Assembly (NCBI RefSeq): GCF_001194135.2
Contig: NC_068987.1
Location: 93,600,892 to 93,664,891 of the forward strand
Reading direction: 5' to 3'
DNA length: 64,000 nt
From: Octopus bimaculoides
Taxonomy: Eukaryota
A program made the position numbers and the translations under genes. Positions 1 to 11,621 of the stretch are shown piece by piece (the first letter of the stretch is position 1; each line of letters begins with the position of its first letter). Under the pieces are notes generated by a model that was given only the letters and a program-made list of their open reading frames with translations, was not told the origin of the DNA and did not search any database.

Positions 1-549
1 ACATTGGAGAGTATCGTTAACAGAAACAATAGCGGCCATAACAGCCACAATTTTTATGTAGTCGTTCGTACTGCTAGAAGTAACAACCAAGAGAAAATGC
101 AGCGCTAAAGGCACCTGAAGAGGATTAATGGGTTGCAAACGGTTGTTGACAGCTTAGTACCTCGATACTTAGTTCGTAGATATGATTGATCAAGGATGAT
201 CAGAACAGCAGTCAAATAACTCTTTAATCCTATCTAAACCGACTTTAATGTTGAGAGAACACGTTGAATAATGCATCGTTTAAAAATACAAAAATGAAAA
301 TAAATGCATGGGAGAGAGGGGGGGTTGGCCACTGCATGGAAAGCCATTGATCATAGATGTGCTCCATCAGGGCTGAACTTAGGTTAAATTACTATAAAAA
401 TAGCAACGAAAACATCAGATGTGAATGGCGGCGGGTTATGACAAGAAATATTTGAAGAAAAATTAGTGTAAAAGAGAAAGAAGGGAAAAAGAGAAACAAT
501 CATTTGTGAAGGTCGGGTGAAAGAAGAATTATATTAATGCATGTCAGGG

Positions 550-651
550 GAAGAAGAAGAAGAAGAAGAAGAAGAAGAAGAAGAAGAAGAAGAAGAAGAA
601 GAAGAAGAAGAAGAAGAAGAAGAAGAAGAAGAAGAAGAAGAAGAAGAAGAA
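550..651 (+). repeat. (GAA)n microsatellite
   Basis: About 34 uninterrupted GAA units. Confidence 0.95.
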
Positions 652-1407
652 AAAGAAAGGAATAAACGTGAAGAAAGTAGAATGGAAAACATGAAGGGCA
701 AAAATTAATAAAAAAGAACTAAAAATTAAAAAGAAAATAAGTGTAAAGCAGCGGAAAAACAGGAAATGCTGCCAGATGAAAGAAATTGACAGGAGAATGA
801 AGACAGTGGACGGCGGTGGTAGTGGAGGTGGGTCTTGGTGGGGGGGGGGTGAGGTGGCGATCGTCGCTATGCTGCTGATGTTGTTGGTGTAGGTTGTGGT
901 GGTGGTGGTGGATTTTGGTAGCAGAGGTGGTTGTTGATGTAGTTGTGGTGACGCCTATGGTCATGTTTGTCACTGATGGTTCCTCTTGTTAATGATGATG
1001 ATGATGATGATCATGATGTGGGTTGTTATGTAGGCGGCGGCGGCGGCGGTGGCGGTGGTGACTGGCATGTCTCTAGTGGGGGGGGTCGGGGTGTGATTGT
1101 GACGGTATTACATAGTGCTGCTTGAGATGGTGGATAACGTGGTTATGACTGCTGCTGCTGTGTAGCCCCCCGTATTCCTGATCGACCAAACCTTTGATCA
1201 AAGACATTCTAGTCCCATGACTATCTCCTCCTCTCCTTTCTCTCTCTCCCCTCTATCTCTCCTCTACTCTTTCTCTCTTTCTCTTCCTCCCACTTTCTCT
1301 CTCTTCCTTTCTCTATCTCTCTCTTTCTCCCTCTCCCCCTCCTTTGTGAAGCATAAAACTTAAAACCACACTTTCCAAAGCTTTTTTTTCTATGACGGTA
1401 AATATAA

Positions 1408-1470
1408 CCCGAGGAAGACTTAGCTGCTATTTCCTGCAGGTTAGTCGACCACATAGAAGTTCCGTCATTA
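1408..1470 (+). mobile_element. Short interspersed repeat fragment (family E); related copies at ~4141-4265 (+) and ~23083-23140 (-)
   Basis: Shared motif GAGGAAG(A/G)(C/T)TT.GCTGCT.TTTCTAGC(A/G)GGTC...CGA.CAC(A/G)TAGA at three places in the window. Confidence 0.45.
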
Positions 1471-1757
1471 GAACAAGATGGAGTCGGTGGCGAAGACAGA
1501 TGCGTCATGGGTGTTGTTGCAATGAACACAAGTGTATGGGATGACGAAGTGGAATGGTGTCAGTGTTGGCGGTGAATGAATAAATGGCGTCGGACACACA
1601 GATGGAGATGGTGGTGGTGGTGGTGCAGGCAATTTGTTCGACGTACTGTTAACTGTTGTAGTAGTTATGGTGGGATGATGCATGTTTTAAATTTATGTCC
1701 ATGATTATTTCCAAGTCAACCCAGATTAAGTATGCCTCTGCCACACCTGACCACCTC

Positions 1758-1914
1758 GATGTGGCTGCGGGGCAAAAAGCTTGCTTCCCAACCACATGGT
1801 TCTGGATTCAGTCCCACTACATGGCACCTCGGCCAAATGACTTCTACTATAGCCTCAGGTCAACCAAAGCATTGTGAGTGGATTTGGTAGACGGAAACTG
1901 AAAGAAGCCTGTCG
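1758..1914 (+). mobile_element. tRNA-derived SINE, family A (possibly CORE-SINE type)
   Basis: Homologous to 43393-43553 and 48678-48831. B-box-like GG(A/G)TTCAGTCCC, body ending GAGTGGATTTGGTAGACGGAAACTGAAAGAAGCC, then a (TG)/(TA)n tail. The CORE assignment is recalled, not tested. Confidence 0.8.
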
Positions 1915-1920
1915 TGTGTG

Positions 1921-1970
<50 letters not shown>

Positions 1971-2667
1971 CTATCACATATAGAAAAATTAATAATTAAA
2001 AGCACAATAAATGAGTATAATATAAAGTAAAGTAAATATCATAAGATAAATATAATATAATATTATATATTATATTTATCTTATGATATTTACTTTACTT
2101 TATATTATAATCATNNNNNNNNNNNNNNNNNNNNNNNNNNNNNNNNNNNNNNNNNNNNNNNNNNNNNNNNNNNNNNNNNNNNNNNNNNNNNNNNNNNNNN
2201 NNNNNNNNNNNNNNNNNNNNNNNNNNNNNNNNNNNNNNNNNNNNNNNNNNNNNNNNNNNNNNNNNNNNNNNNNNNNNNNNNNNNNNNNNNNNNNNNNNNN
2301 NNNNNNNNNNNNNNNNNNNNNNNNNNNNNNNNNNNNNNNNNNNNNNNNNNNNNNNNNNNNNNNNNNNNNNNNNNNNNNNNNNNNNNNNNNNNNNNNNNNN
2401 NNNNNNNNNNNNNNNNNNNNNNNNNNNNNNNNNNNNNNNNNNNNNNNNNNNNNNNNNNNNNNNNNNNNNNNNNNNNNNNNNNNNNNNNNNNNNNNNNNNN
2501 NNNNNNNNNNNNNNNNNNNNNNNNNNNNNNNNNNNNNNNNNNNNNNNNNNNNNNNNNNNNNNNNNNNNNNNNNNNNNNNNNNNNNNNNNNNNNNNNNNNN
2601 NNNNNNNNNNNNNNNNNNNNNNNNNNNNNNNGTATGTGTGTGTGCGTGTGTGTGTGTGTGTGTGTGT

Positions 2668-2856
2668 CATCACTGCTTGAAAACCGATGTTGATGTGCTT
2701 GCGTCCCCGTAACTTACCGGTTCGACAAAAGAGGCCGATAGGATAAGTAATAGACTTAAAAAAATAAGTTCTATGGTGGATTTGTTCGACTAAAACCCTG
2801 TAAGGTGATGCTGCAGCATGGCCGCAGTCAAATGACTGAAACAAAAGATTAAAGAT
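2668..2856 (+). mobile_element. SINE family C
   Basis: Homologous to 51783-51970 (-), 46543-46735 (-), 17586-17670 and 20355-20427. Ends CAGCATGGCCGCAGTCAAATGACTGAAAC. Confidence 0.8.
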
Positions 2857-3738
2857 TGAAAGAAAATATGAGAAACTACGTTGAAAATATATCATTAAAT
2901 GATGCAGTAAGATTTTGAGGGTAGTTGCCTGCTTTTTCTACCAAACCTAGCAGCCACATTATTGCTTTGACTTCGAAAATGATGTCGGTTGATGTGGCAG
3001 TGGTGGTAGTGGAAGCGGTGGCGGAGATGCTGCTACTGCTAATGATGATGATGATGATCATCATCATCATCATGTTTGCCTTGCCGATGATGATGATTTT
3101 CTTTACCGAATGCCTATCAGAGTAACAATTATAGAAAGGTATGTGCCTCTCTCTCTCTCTCTATTTGTCCGTCTGCATGCCTGTATGTCGGAGTGTCTGT
3201 GTGTTTTTCTTCTGTCGGTGTCATTGCAGGTAATCTAATTATAAAGAGAGAACGTACTTGATGACACTCCTGTTTTTTTGGTTAATTATAATGACAATGG
3301 TGTTGTTGATATTGTTGTCGATGTTGTTGCTGTTGTTGCGAGAGGTGGCGGGGGATGGGAGCATAATATAAGCGGGGATCGGGTAGAGGCTTAAGAATTT
3401 CCATGGCGGCTGTTGAAGAATGAATATAGTTAGCGGTTTAATAATACAATGGCCTGTCTAATTTTGTGGCCGAGGTTATCGTCAAATAGGATGATGGGAG
3501 CGATTATGCTGATTGTTATAATGTTGGTGATATGGTTGGCATTAAAGAAACGGATAAACAGATGGGTAGAGGGGAGGGGCGGAGAACCGGCTTAATCTTG
3601 TCGCTGCTGGTGTAGCTGCTACAGCTGTTGTTGTTGGCGTCGTGGCTGTTGTTGTTGTTGTTGTTCAACCCAGCTCGCCACTATCTGAACAGGCTTATTA
3701 ATGTCGTTATGGAACTATGTTGTCCGAAATGTATCCCA

Positions 3739-3743
<5 letters not shown>

Positions 3744-3832
<89 letters not shown>
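3744..3832 (+). repeat. (CT)n microsatellite
   Basis: Pure CT run; source of the poly-SL ORFs here. Similar runs at ~13441-13893, 15050-15102, 15682-15742. Confidence 0.95.
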
Positions 3833-3836
<4 letters not shown>

Positions 3837-4949
3837 CCTTCTACTCTTTTCTCTTTATCTCTTCTTGTTTCCTTTTTTTATTTTAAGACGTTTGGCTGTG
3901 ATTTAAGAGAGATTTCTTCACTGCTGTTGCTTAGTCCCAGGTCAGCTTTGGTGGAAACCAAATGATCAAAAGCATTCCAGCCGTGATATCAATGTCTTTT
4001 TTTTTTCTTTGTAAATTTTGTTATCAGTTTTCTATATTTCTTTATTTATTATTTACTTATTTTGTGTTCTCAGCGACTGCCATTGTCTAAAATGGCATTT
4101 CCTCGATTTTTGTTTTTCTTTTTAAGCCTCGCGATATTTACGAGGAAGACTTTACTGCTATATTTATTTGATTGAGCCACCATCTTGTGTCACCTTTGTT
4201 GGTTGGAGATTTGACTGTTTTTTCTAGCAGGTCAAACGATTAAATAGAGAACTCCTTGTTGGCTGCAGGTTAACTGTACTTGGTGAGTAAAAGAGAGAGA
4301 GATAGACAGTGTACTCAAGAAATTGGGACAGTATTTTTGTATTCCTCAGCAAAATTCAGGAGGAACTGATAGTGATAAGAGAAAGGTGAGGGGGAGAAGG
4401 AGTGGGGTAGAGTGTGAGAAGGGGAAGCGTTGGGGTGAGAAGAGGGAATAAAGGAAATGACTTCAGATAAATGGAGGAAAGATGAAAAGGAAATTGAAAG
4501 AAAGAGACGTGGTGACTTTATGACAACTTTGATGACTTTAAGAAAACAATTATGAGAAAGTGTGACAACTTGGAAATGGCATTTCAGATGTCATTAACAT
4601 ACACACGTGCACACATATTTGCGCACGCTAACATACACACGCGTACATAAATACATACGCACACACACATACACACCACAACAACAACAACAACAACAGC
4701 AACAACAACGAAAGAACGACGTGAAGCAATAATAACAAACAAAACCAGGATCGGAATCATTGTTGATGAGAAGTGTTTTTGTGGGAGGAGGAGGGGAGGA
4801 AGTGTTTCTGCCGTGTTTACTGGGTGAAAGTAAGAGTAGATATGGACGGGGAGGGGACTTGGAGCGCGAGTTCGTGGTGTTGTTATTGCTGTCAGTAAAG
4901 ACATCTAAGAATCAATAGTCATCACTGCGCACCATAAAGTGCACCCAAG

Positions 4950-7051
4950 GTAATCGAGAGGCGGAGGTCGATAGAAGAATGGAATGAACATCGAGTAACT
5001 ATTTCTCATAGCTTTTATAAACAGAGAAGGAATATCATATAAAGTGGTGACTTTAACGAACTCCTAGCGCTTAAAAACCCCACACCGGTGGATACTGAAG
5101 AGGCCCTCCAAGTTTTATGCCGTGTGACATCCCAGAAAAAAGACATTAAGATACACTGGAGTTCTTGGACAACATCGAGAAGCAGACGAAGTGTTTCGCC
5201 ATTAAGTCACACACATCAGAAGAAATAACCATCTTCACAACATACATATTGCACTTAACATCCAAGAACACGATGTTGGAGATGGAGCTTTCGTGACCTT
5301 ACAAATCGATCGATAACGGATGTGAAAGTGCACGGGGAAGAAGTCAACATGATATCTCCCTTCTAAAACTAGTTTGGTTTAATATTTGACATAATACTAT
5401 AATAATGTCCACACCCGCAAATCTTGTAATCTTTCCTACTCTGAAACCATGACTGTGCAGCCACAATCCTACGCATAGCAGAACTGGCCGCAACAATTTC
5501 CCCACAGACCAAAGGATTATCAGACGAGTGATTTCCCTCTCCAAAAAACAGTATGTACAGAAACATAAAAGAAAAGAGATAAAACGACACAAACTCAGAG
5601 ACATGTATGCACCTCCTTCCCTGTGCTGCTTTTGCATTCTTTCGAAAATCTAATGGAGTCAAAGAAAAGAAAGAAACTGCCACACTTGCACAACACTGAA
5701 GGTTTTACTAGAAATCACCAACTTTTCAGTCAATAGCAAAAAATAACTGTTGTAGAACTAAAACTGAATCAAAAGCGGACAGTGAGAAACGGCAAAAACA
5801 ACAAAACATGATAATAACAAAAACAAAGGATCCAAAGAACCAACAAAAACAACAAGAACAGCAGTACTGTCTGTGCTGTAAAGCGTTGCAATGCGGTTGT
5901 GCTTATCAAATTGTGGGCCTCTTAAATATGCGAAAGCAAAAACTGTAGGTTCAGAGGGAATATCAGAGATGGTGTAGAAACAAACTCTCAGTTCTCTTTC
6001 AGATAAGGATGACGAGCGCTAAATATTCAATTCCAGACAATCGTGAGAAAATTTTAAACTCACTTTGTTAATTATATGAGGAGGGAGATTCTATTTCAGA
6101 GATCTACTTCAATTCTCGGAAAAAAAAAATTCAGTATTGCAGAAAGTTGGTGACAACAACTGAGATATGGCTGGGGCTATATGTATTCTGCAAGTACAAC
6201 AGTCATTATTGACAGTTTCGCTGTACAAGCTTTTTGGATATGTGTCAGATATGGTCATCTGTCTTTGGCAGACGTCTATCTTAATTGGCAGATGATGGAG
6301 AGCATTGCCTACAGTATTAATCGGTAACGGTTGGCGACGAATAGTTCTTGATGTTGAAAAATTTGTTATGAAGACGTCGTCATTAGATTCAGGAGTGCAA
6401 ACACCACCATCTCGTAGAGTTGCACAATTCCTAACACGCATATATCAACTACAGTTTCTAGTTCGAGTGAAGCATCGTGGAGAATGGATAATAATCCTGA
6501 ATTTTCTATAGCAGCAACATGTGTATTTAAAAATTGCGTTATCTGCGGCTGGTTTCGATCTCGTTTTTGAAAGTGAGTCGCTTTAAGGTACGCTAGCAAC
6601 CACTTAATGGCTACTTACTGAATTACCTTCCATAATCTCTTTTCTTTTTGTTTCCTCCTATCTTAGTGTATCTACCTTTACTTTGGAAACACAAAGTCAC
6701 TGCTCAAGTGCGTTTTAGCACGCGAGCTATTGTTACTGAAGCCAATGCATTCGAATCGGGTTTTGAGTATAACATATCCGTATTAAGAGGAATCGAATTG
6801 TTGGACATAGAACTAAAGAATACCTTGGAAATTAAGAGTTCCACATTACAGGTGTCAGGGCTCCTGGCACGGAACTGAATAAGAAAATAAATTAAAGTAC
6901 ATATTGAGCGGCACAAATCGGTGAATCTTCTGCTTAATACCTGAAGAGGAAACTTCATGCTGGCAGAATCGTCCGTCTTTGATCCGGAAATAAAGAGGAT
7001 TCGGAACTGATTTAGGTCAGGTATCCATGTGATTTAGGTTAGGTATCCATG
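4950..7051 (+). mobile_element. Highly decayed RTE-like non-LTR retrotransposon remnant (endonuclease + RT)
   Basis: Manual multi-frame translation gives degraded motifs in the expected order: EEITIFTTY (LTI..VY), PTDQRII (SDHR), KAKTVGSEGI (KA.GPDGI), SIA(G)KLV with a frameshift, DSFAVQAFWICVRYG (DSV.R.ALW..L..YG), NAFES, KLHAGR. Many stops and frameshifts; ends in a 22-bp tandem duplication. Confidence 0.5.
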
Positions 7052-7528
7052 CAAAGCGAAACAAGAACGAATCCGAGTCAAATCAATAAAATGAAAATAA
7101 TATATATTTTTTTTTACATGATTTTATTTCATTTTGTAAATTAACATAAAGGTCTAATATTTAAATTTGTGATGGAGTATCAATGTTTACAATGAACTGT
7201 TGTCTATAATACAAGCCAAACAATGCAATTCACAAATATAGACACTCTATATAGCAAATATCCAATAAAATAAACAAACATAAGCAGGCCCTTTACCCAA
7301 CGCATTACACATACTACATAGAGTACAAACATTGATGCAATGCAGCAGACCGCTTAACAAAAGAAACTAACGCAATGCAATATTGGAAAGGGTTTGCTCA
7401 CGCCCAACAACAAAAAAGAACACACAATGCTGCACACACGCCAGCAACAAGGAGGTGCAGATGTTGATGCAGTAGAAATTTGCCTGAAACTACTAAATGC
7501 TGAATAATAACAACAACAATAATAATAA

Positions 7529-7962
7529 GTGTTAGCATGTACATTGTTTTGTCTTGGTATAAAAGATGGACTACAACAAATATTCTGCTCAATACCACAG
7601 ATTTCCTTGTCAGTTGTTTGACCTTAACCAGTTGAGCATGTCCCTTAGTGGCTGACGATATGTGCATCTCTGATCACGAGCAGAAGTAGTGGGGTAGCAT
7701 CATAGCCATGTGTTGAGAGGAATTCTTTGGGTTTGAATAATTCACCTCTGGGAACATAAGCGTTTCTTTCAACATCCTTAAACAACCCTTATTCAGGGAC
7801 CTTTTGAGCGGGATGGGCTACTAGACCTGAGGAAAAATACTAACTGGACCGCATCTGCACGGTCATCCGCTGTTTATGTTATGAGATCATAGATATGGTT
7901 ATGAGACATATGCCTGGTGTACCTTTATCAGACGGGTAGTCATGATGGGTATACTGGGCTCA
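7529..7962 (+). mobile_element. Interspersed ~550-bp retroposon-like repeat, family F (partial)
   Basis: Long near-identity to 19319-19864 (+), 40710-41257 (-) and 17442-17574 (-), e.g. GGCTGACGATATGTGCATCTCTGATCACGA. Confidence 0.85.
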
Positions 7963-8034
7963 TCATAGCCGTCTGTCTGATTCCAGGATTTAANNNNNNN
8001 NNNATAGCCGTCTGTCTGATTCCAGGATTTAAAA

Positions 8035-8350
8035 GAAAGAGGTACCAACAACTAAAAAATACAATTCCTTAAAATTTGAAATAGGAAGAAATCGGAGCAT
8101 GCGACCAGTGAAGGTTGCACCTATAATAATTGTAAACCAAGATATAGAAAATGGCTGAGTGAGAGTGGATTAAAATGCACGATAGATCTCCAACAGAAAA
8201 TTTGTCTCGGAGTCACCAAGGATTATCAGGAGGGTTCTAAGCACATGAAAGACAGCTGAAAAGTTTTGGATACCTAAGGTTATATAGATAGCAACCCGGA
8301 ACCCAAATAAATCGTACCAGGATTAAGACCGAACCTGAGTCAAACCAAAA
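8035..8350 (+). mobile_element. R4/Dong-clade LINE 3' fragment with (AAT)n tail
   Basis: Translates KYNSLKFEIGRNRSMRPVKVAPII...QQKICLGVTK, resembling the C-terminus of REL-endonuclease R4/Dong ORFs. Short UTR, then (AAT)n. Confidence 0.6.
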
Positions 8351-8366
8351 TAATAATAATAATAAT

Positions 8367-8580
8367 TTTAATCTACAATAGTCACAAGGCCTGACATTTG
8401 TGGGGAGGGGACTAGTTGAGTACGTTGACCTCAGTGTTTCACTGGTAGTTAATTTATCGAACCTGAAAAGATGAAAGACAATGTCGACTTCAGCGGAATT
8501 TCAACTCAAAACATAAACATGGACGAAATGTCGCTAAAGATTCCGCTCGGCGTGTTAACGATTCTCTCAGCTGGCCGCCT

Positions 8581-8582
<2 letters not shown>
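8367..8582 (-). mobile_element. tRNA-derived SINE family B
   Basis: Reverse complement starts AGGCGGCCAGCTGAGAGAATCGTTAAC, has B-box-like GAGTTGAAATTCC and core GTCGACATTGTCTTTCATC...GATAAATTAACTACCAG. (TTA)n on both sides. Confidence 0.8.
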
Positions 8583-8648
<66 letters not shown>

Positions 8649-9017
8649 TTCTATTTCAGGCACATTCTGGAGAAGGCAACTGTCGATAATATCGATCTCA
8701 ATCTTCGACTGACATGTTTTTCATGGACTCAGATTGGATAAAAAGTAATGATTAGCTTGGCGGGAGTTGAACTCAAAAACTAGGAACCATAATAGGAGTG
8801 CAACTATTTCGTTCAACGTTCTTGCCTTTCTTTCAATCCACTACAATCAATACGATAATAAATGTATTTTACTCTTTATTTATTATTTCTTTATTATGGT
8901 TATTTTGCTATTATATCCACAAAGCCATTTATTATTTTTTATTATTATTATATCGGTATGAGTTTATGGCGTCGCATAAAATGTATGTCATGTTGTTTGA
9001 TGAAGGGAGGGGGAGTA

Positions 9018-9093
<76 letters not shown>

Positions 9094-9846
9094 TGTTATA
9101 GAATGCACTGCTCGACCGTCACATCAGACATTTCATGTGCCACGTTTCTATATCTGTGTAATTCATATTTTTAAGAGATATGTTTATTCATATGCAGACG
9201 TACTTATTATATACAGGGGGCACACGGCTCGTACACACACACACGCAAGCACGCACACACTCACACATTTGAATAACTGTAGTGCAGACGACAATGGCTT
9301 ACGGTCGCCATAACTGTCAAAATGAGAGAAGGTTTCGTGGTAGTGGTAGGGCTGCTGAGCGTAGATGTCATGCCTCTCTATTATAAATCAAATATAAATT
9401 AGTTTGCTATTTATACACAAAGACCTACCTACATAAAATAAGTGTTAATCTGTATTGTTATCAACCATACCTTTACTTTCTATACCACACGTTCTCTCTG
9501 TCTCGCTTCCAATTTATCTCTCTTCCTCTAATATATGCGTCTACGTGTGCTTGTATCTATTTATCTCGTAACGCACTAGCAAATATACACATACTCAACT
9601 ACACACACATATTTACACACAACCACACACATACACACCCGTAACTATACACATGCGCTCTTTACGCGCCCAAAGGGCTGTACCGTCTATGGCTTACCTC
9701 ATTACTTACAATACACATTTGTGCACTAATAAAAATATGATTGACACTTACAGTATATTCTCTCTCTCTTTCTCTCTCTCTCACCATTCCCAATCTCTCT
9801 GTCTCAAATATATTTTCTATTGAACGAATTTGATTTTCTGCATATA

Positions 9847-10205
9847 CAGTAGAACTTCGCTGTACGAGTGCACTATTGTACGAGTAATTTGCTATATAAG
9901 CCGAGACTCATGAGAATTTTTGCCTTAAAGTACGAGCACACAAACTGTTCCACTTTTAAGATAATTCTGTTAATAAAACCAGTTTATTTCTTTTGCATTC
10001 TCCTTTTTATAATTATTTTACTTCTAACTACACTTTTTCTGATTTAAAACCCATAAAAAAATATCTTTATTTGTTTTTAGGGGGGCGGAACGGATTATTT
10101 ATATTTTAGTTACATTCAATGGGGAAAATTGATTTGTAAAACGAGTAAATCGTAAGACGAGCTCGGTCATGGTACAAATTAAACCCGTACTGCGAGATAT
10201 CACTG
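9847..10205. mobile_element. Tigger/pogo-like MITE
   Basis: Imperfect TIRs CAGTAGAACTTCGCTGTACGAG / rc CAGTGATATCTCGCAGTACGGG; TA on the left, TG on the right; subterminal ACGAG repeats; no ORF. Confidence 0.7.
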
Positions 10206-10357
10206 TGCCTACGCACACACACACACGTGTGTGTGTGTGTGTTTGTGAGCATCAGATGAATAAGGTAAAATCATAGTCTGGTTTTCACATTTTTTTTTTT
10301 ATTACGGTATCTTAACATTTTAACATTAAAAAAAATTATTTTCTAATATTCATAAAG

Positions 10358-10400
10358 TTAAATTACCGCTTTCATACATCGAATAATAATCAGATTTCAA
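10358..10400 (-). ncRNA. Degenerate minimal type I hammerhead ribozyme (left arm)
   Basis: rc reads TTGAAAT-CTGATTA-TTATTCGATGTAT-GAAA-GCGG-TA-ATTTAA. Core G8 and stem II mutated; UA cleavage site retained. Confidence 0.45.
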
Positions 10401-10488
10401 ATGTGTTTACCTGACAGGTGAGTTCTTGACAACTTTAGTACCTTTTAGAACGTTCCAACCAGCTGAATTTTTTAAATACTTTTGTGAC

Positions 10489-10531
10489 TTGAAATCTGAT
10501 GAGTACACCATGTATGAAAGCGCTGATTTAA
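10489..10531 (+). ncRNA. Minimal type I hammerhead ribozyme (probably inactivated)
   Basis: TTGAAAT-CTGATGA-GTAC(ACCAT)GTAT-GAAA-GCGC-TG-ATTTAA. Intact CUGAUGA/GAAA core, 4-bp stem II, palindromic GCGC in place of helix III, stem I AAAT/ATTT. Position 17 is G (non-cleavable). Confidence 0.6.
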
Positions 10532-11077
10532 TTTTATGAACATTACAAAATAATTTTTTTAATGAAATACCAGAATAAAAAGCACGAAAACCAGACCATG
10601 TTTTAACTTTATTCAACTGTTACATTATTCCATACACATTCACACAAATTCGAAACATATATATAAAATGTAAATTTATATAAATAAGGATGAGATCGTT
10701 ATTTAAAATACCGATCATATCAAGTGTCTAGCATGGGAATAAAAACCTCATAGGTAATATATATATGAAATTGGAGTCAAGAAGAAGGAGTACGGTCGGA
10801 CGTTTATCTATTATTCGACGCAACGCAGTTCTCCAAGAATACGGGTATTTGATTATGCAACATAATGAAATCTAGATGTGTTTCCTCAGGCGATATACAA
10901 ATGTTGTCTCCGTAAGTTTAGATTCGTCAACTTCAAGGCCATTTTCTCTGTTCGTCGTGGTTTGAATTTAGTAGCGGCTGATAGACCCACGGTGTCTGCC
11001 TCGAAAGTGCGTTTGTCGGACTGCTATGAATGGTAGTAAATGGTACTGCCTAGCATTTAAATGAGATTGGTCTTCTG

Positions 11078-11108
<31 letters not shown>

Positions 11109-11111
<3 letters not shown>

Positions 11112-11572
11112 CCTGTAAGTGTGTAAACTTGCTAGCCACCTTATCATTAATAACGGTAATAATACTTCTTTTTTTTTAAATATACTAGCTCACGATAGTT
11201 TTGTTTTAAATGACGCAGGTATGTTGAAAGAAAAGAACACACATGGGATAATGTGAGAAAGATTTCAGAAATATATGTTAAAAATGTTATTTTCAACTGA
11301 CGATCCCAGAGCATGTTTGTCATACGGAGGGTGAAATCAATTGATATTGAAATAAACGTTCCTTACTTATGTATTCCACGCAAGATAAGCCTGTTTCTCC
11401 TATGTTCATTGCATTGCCCGTACGTAATTTAATAGTGAGTTACCGGTGGTTTGGGAACGATGGCTCCGATTATAGCAAGTAATATTTAAATACCCTATTG
11501 AATCTAAATTTAGCTTATATTTTGCCTGTAAAGTTGTAAGCTTACTAGCTACCTTATCATTAATAACAGCAA

Positions 11573-11577
<5 letters not shown>
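11109..11577 (+). mobile_element. 413-bp unit with ~55-bp terminal direct repeat, containing a hammerhead ribozyme (retrozyme / Penelope pLTR-like)
   Basis: TTGCCTGTAA...CTAGC.ACCTTATCATTAATAAC.G.AATAAT at 11109-11164 and 11522-11577; (TA)n on both outer sides; hammerhead at 11291-11352. Confidence 0.6.
11291..11352 (+). ncRNA. Type I hammerhead ribozyme with palindromic helix III
   Basis: TTTCAA-CTGACGA-TCCC...GGGT-GAAA-TCAATTGA-TA-TTGAAA. Perfect 6-bp stem I, complete CUGANGA and GAAA core, stem II CCC/GGG (10.1-11.1 pair is U-U), palindrome TCAATTGA, AUA cleavage triplet. Confidence 0.7.

Positions 11578-11621
<44 letters not shown>

Larger units (their letters stand above)
10253..10619. 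mobile_element. Foldback element: two ~140-bp inverted arms, each with a minimal hammerhead motif (inverted Penelope-like pseudo-LTR pair)
   Basis: 10253-10400 aligns to the reverse complement of 10489-10619 (CAG.TGAATAA.GT...GTCTGGTTTTC...CGCTTTCATACAT...TCAGATTTCAA); ~90-bp spacer. Confidence 0.7.

Noticed and set aside
105-150. CTGAAGA...GCAAAC and similar CTGAAGA hits (5096, 6942, 27975)
   Set aside because: No GAAA core or no stems; expected by chance.
719-1700. His/Pro/Thr-rich ORFs resembling transcription-factor low-complexity regions
   Set aside because: Built from GGT/GAT/GTT triplet repeats, with stops in neighbouring sequence, no domain and no splice support.
7008-7051. 22-bp tandem duplication TGATTTAGGT(C/T)AGGTATCCATG
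   Set aside because: Only two units at the end of the RTE-like remnant, with no spacers; not CRISPR-like.
7965-8032. Exact 29-bp direct repeat ATAGCCGTCTGTCTGATTCCAGGATTTAA either side of a 10-N gap
   Set aside because: Typical unmerged contig overlap (assembly artefact), not a TSD or biological repeat.
10394-10423. Perfect donor CAG|GTGAGT and 24-nt microexon candidate; ORF 10407-10616
   Set aside because: Lies within the foldback element and on an ACCTG-A-CAGGT palindrome; better explained as repeat sequence.
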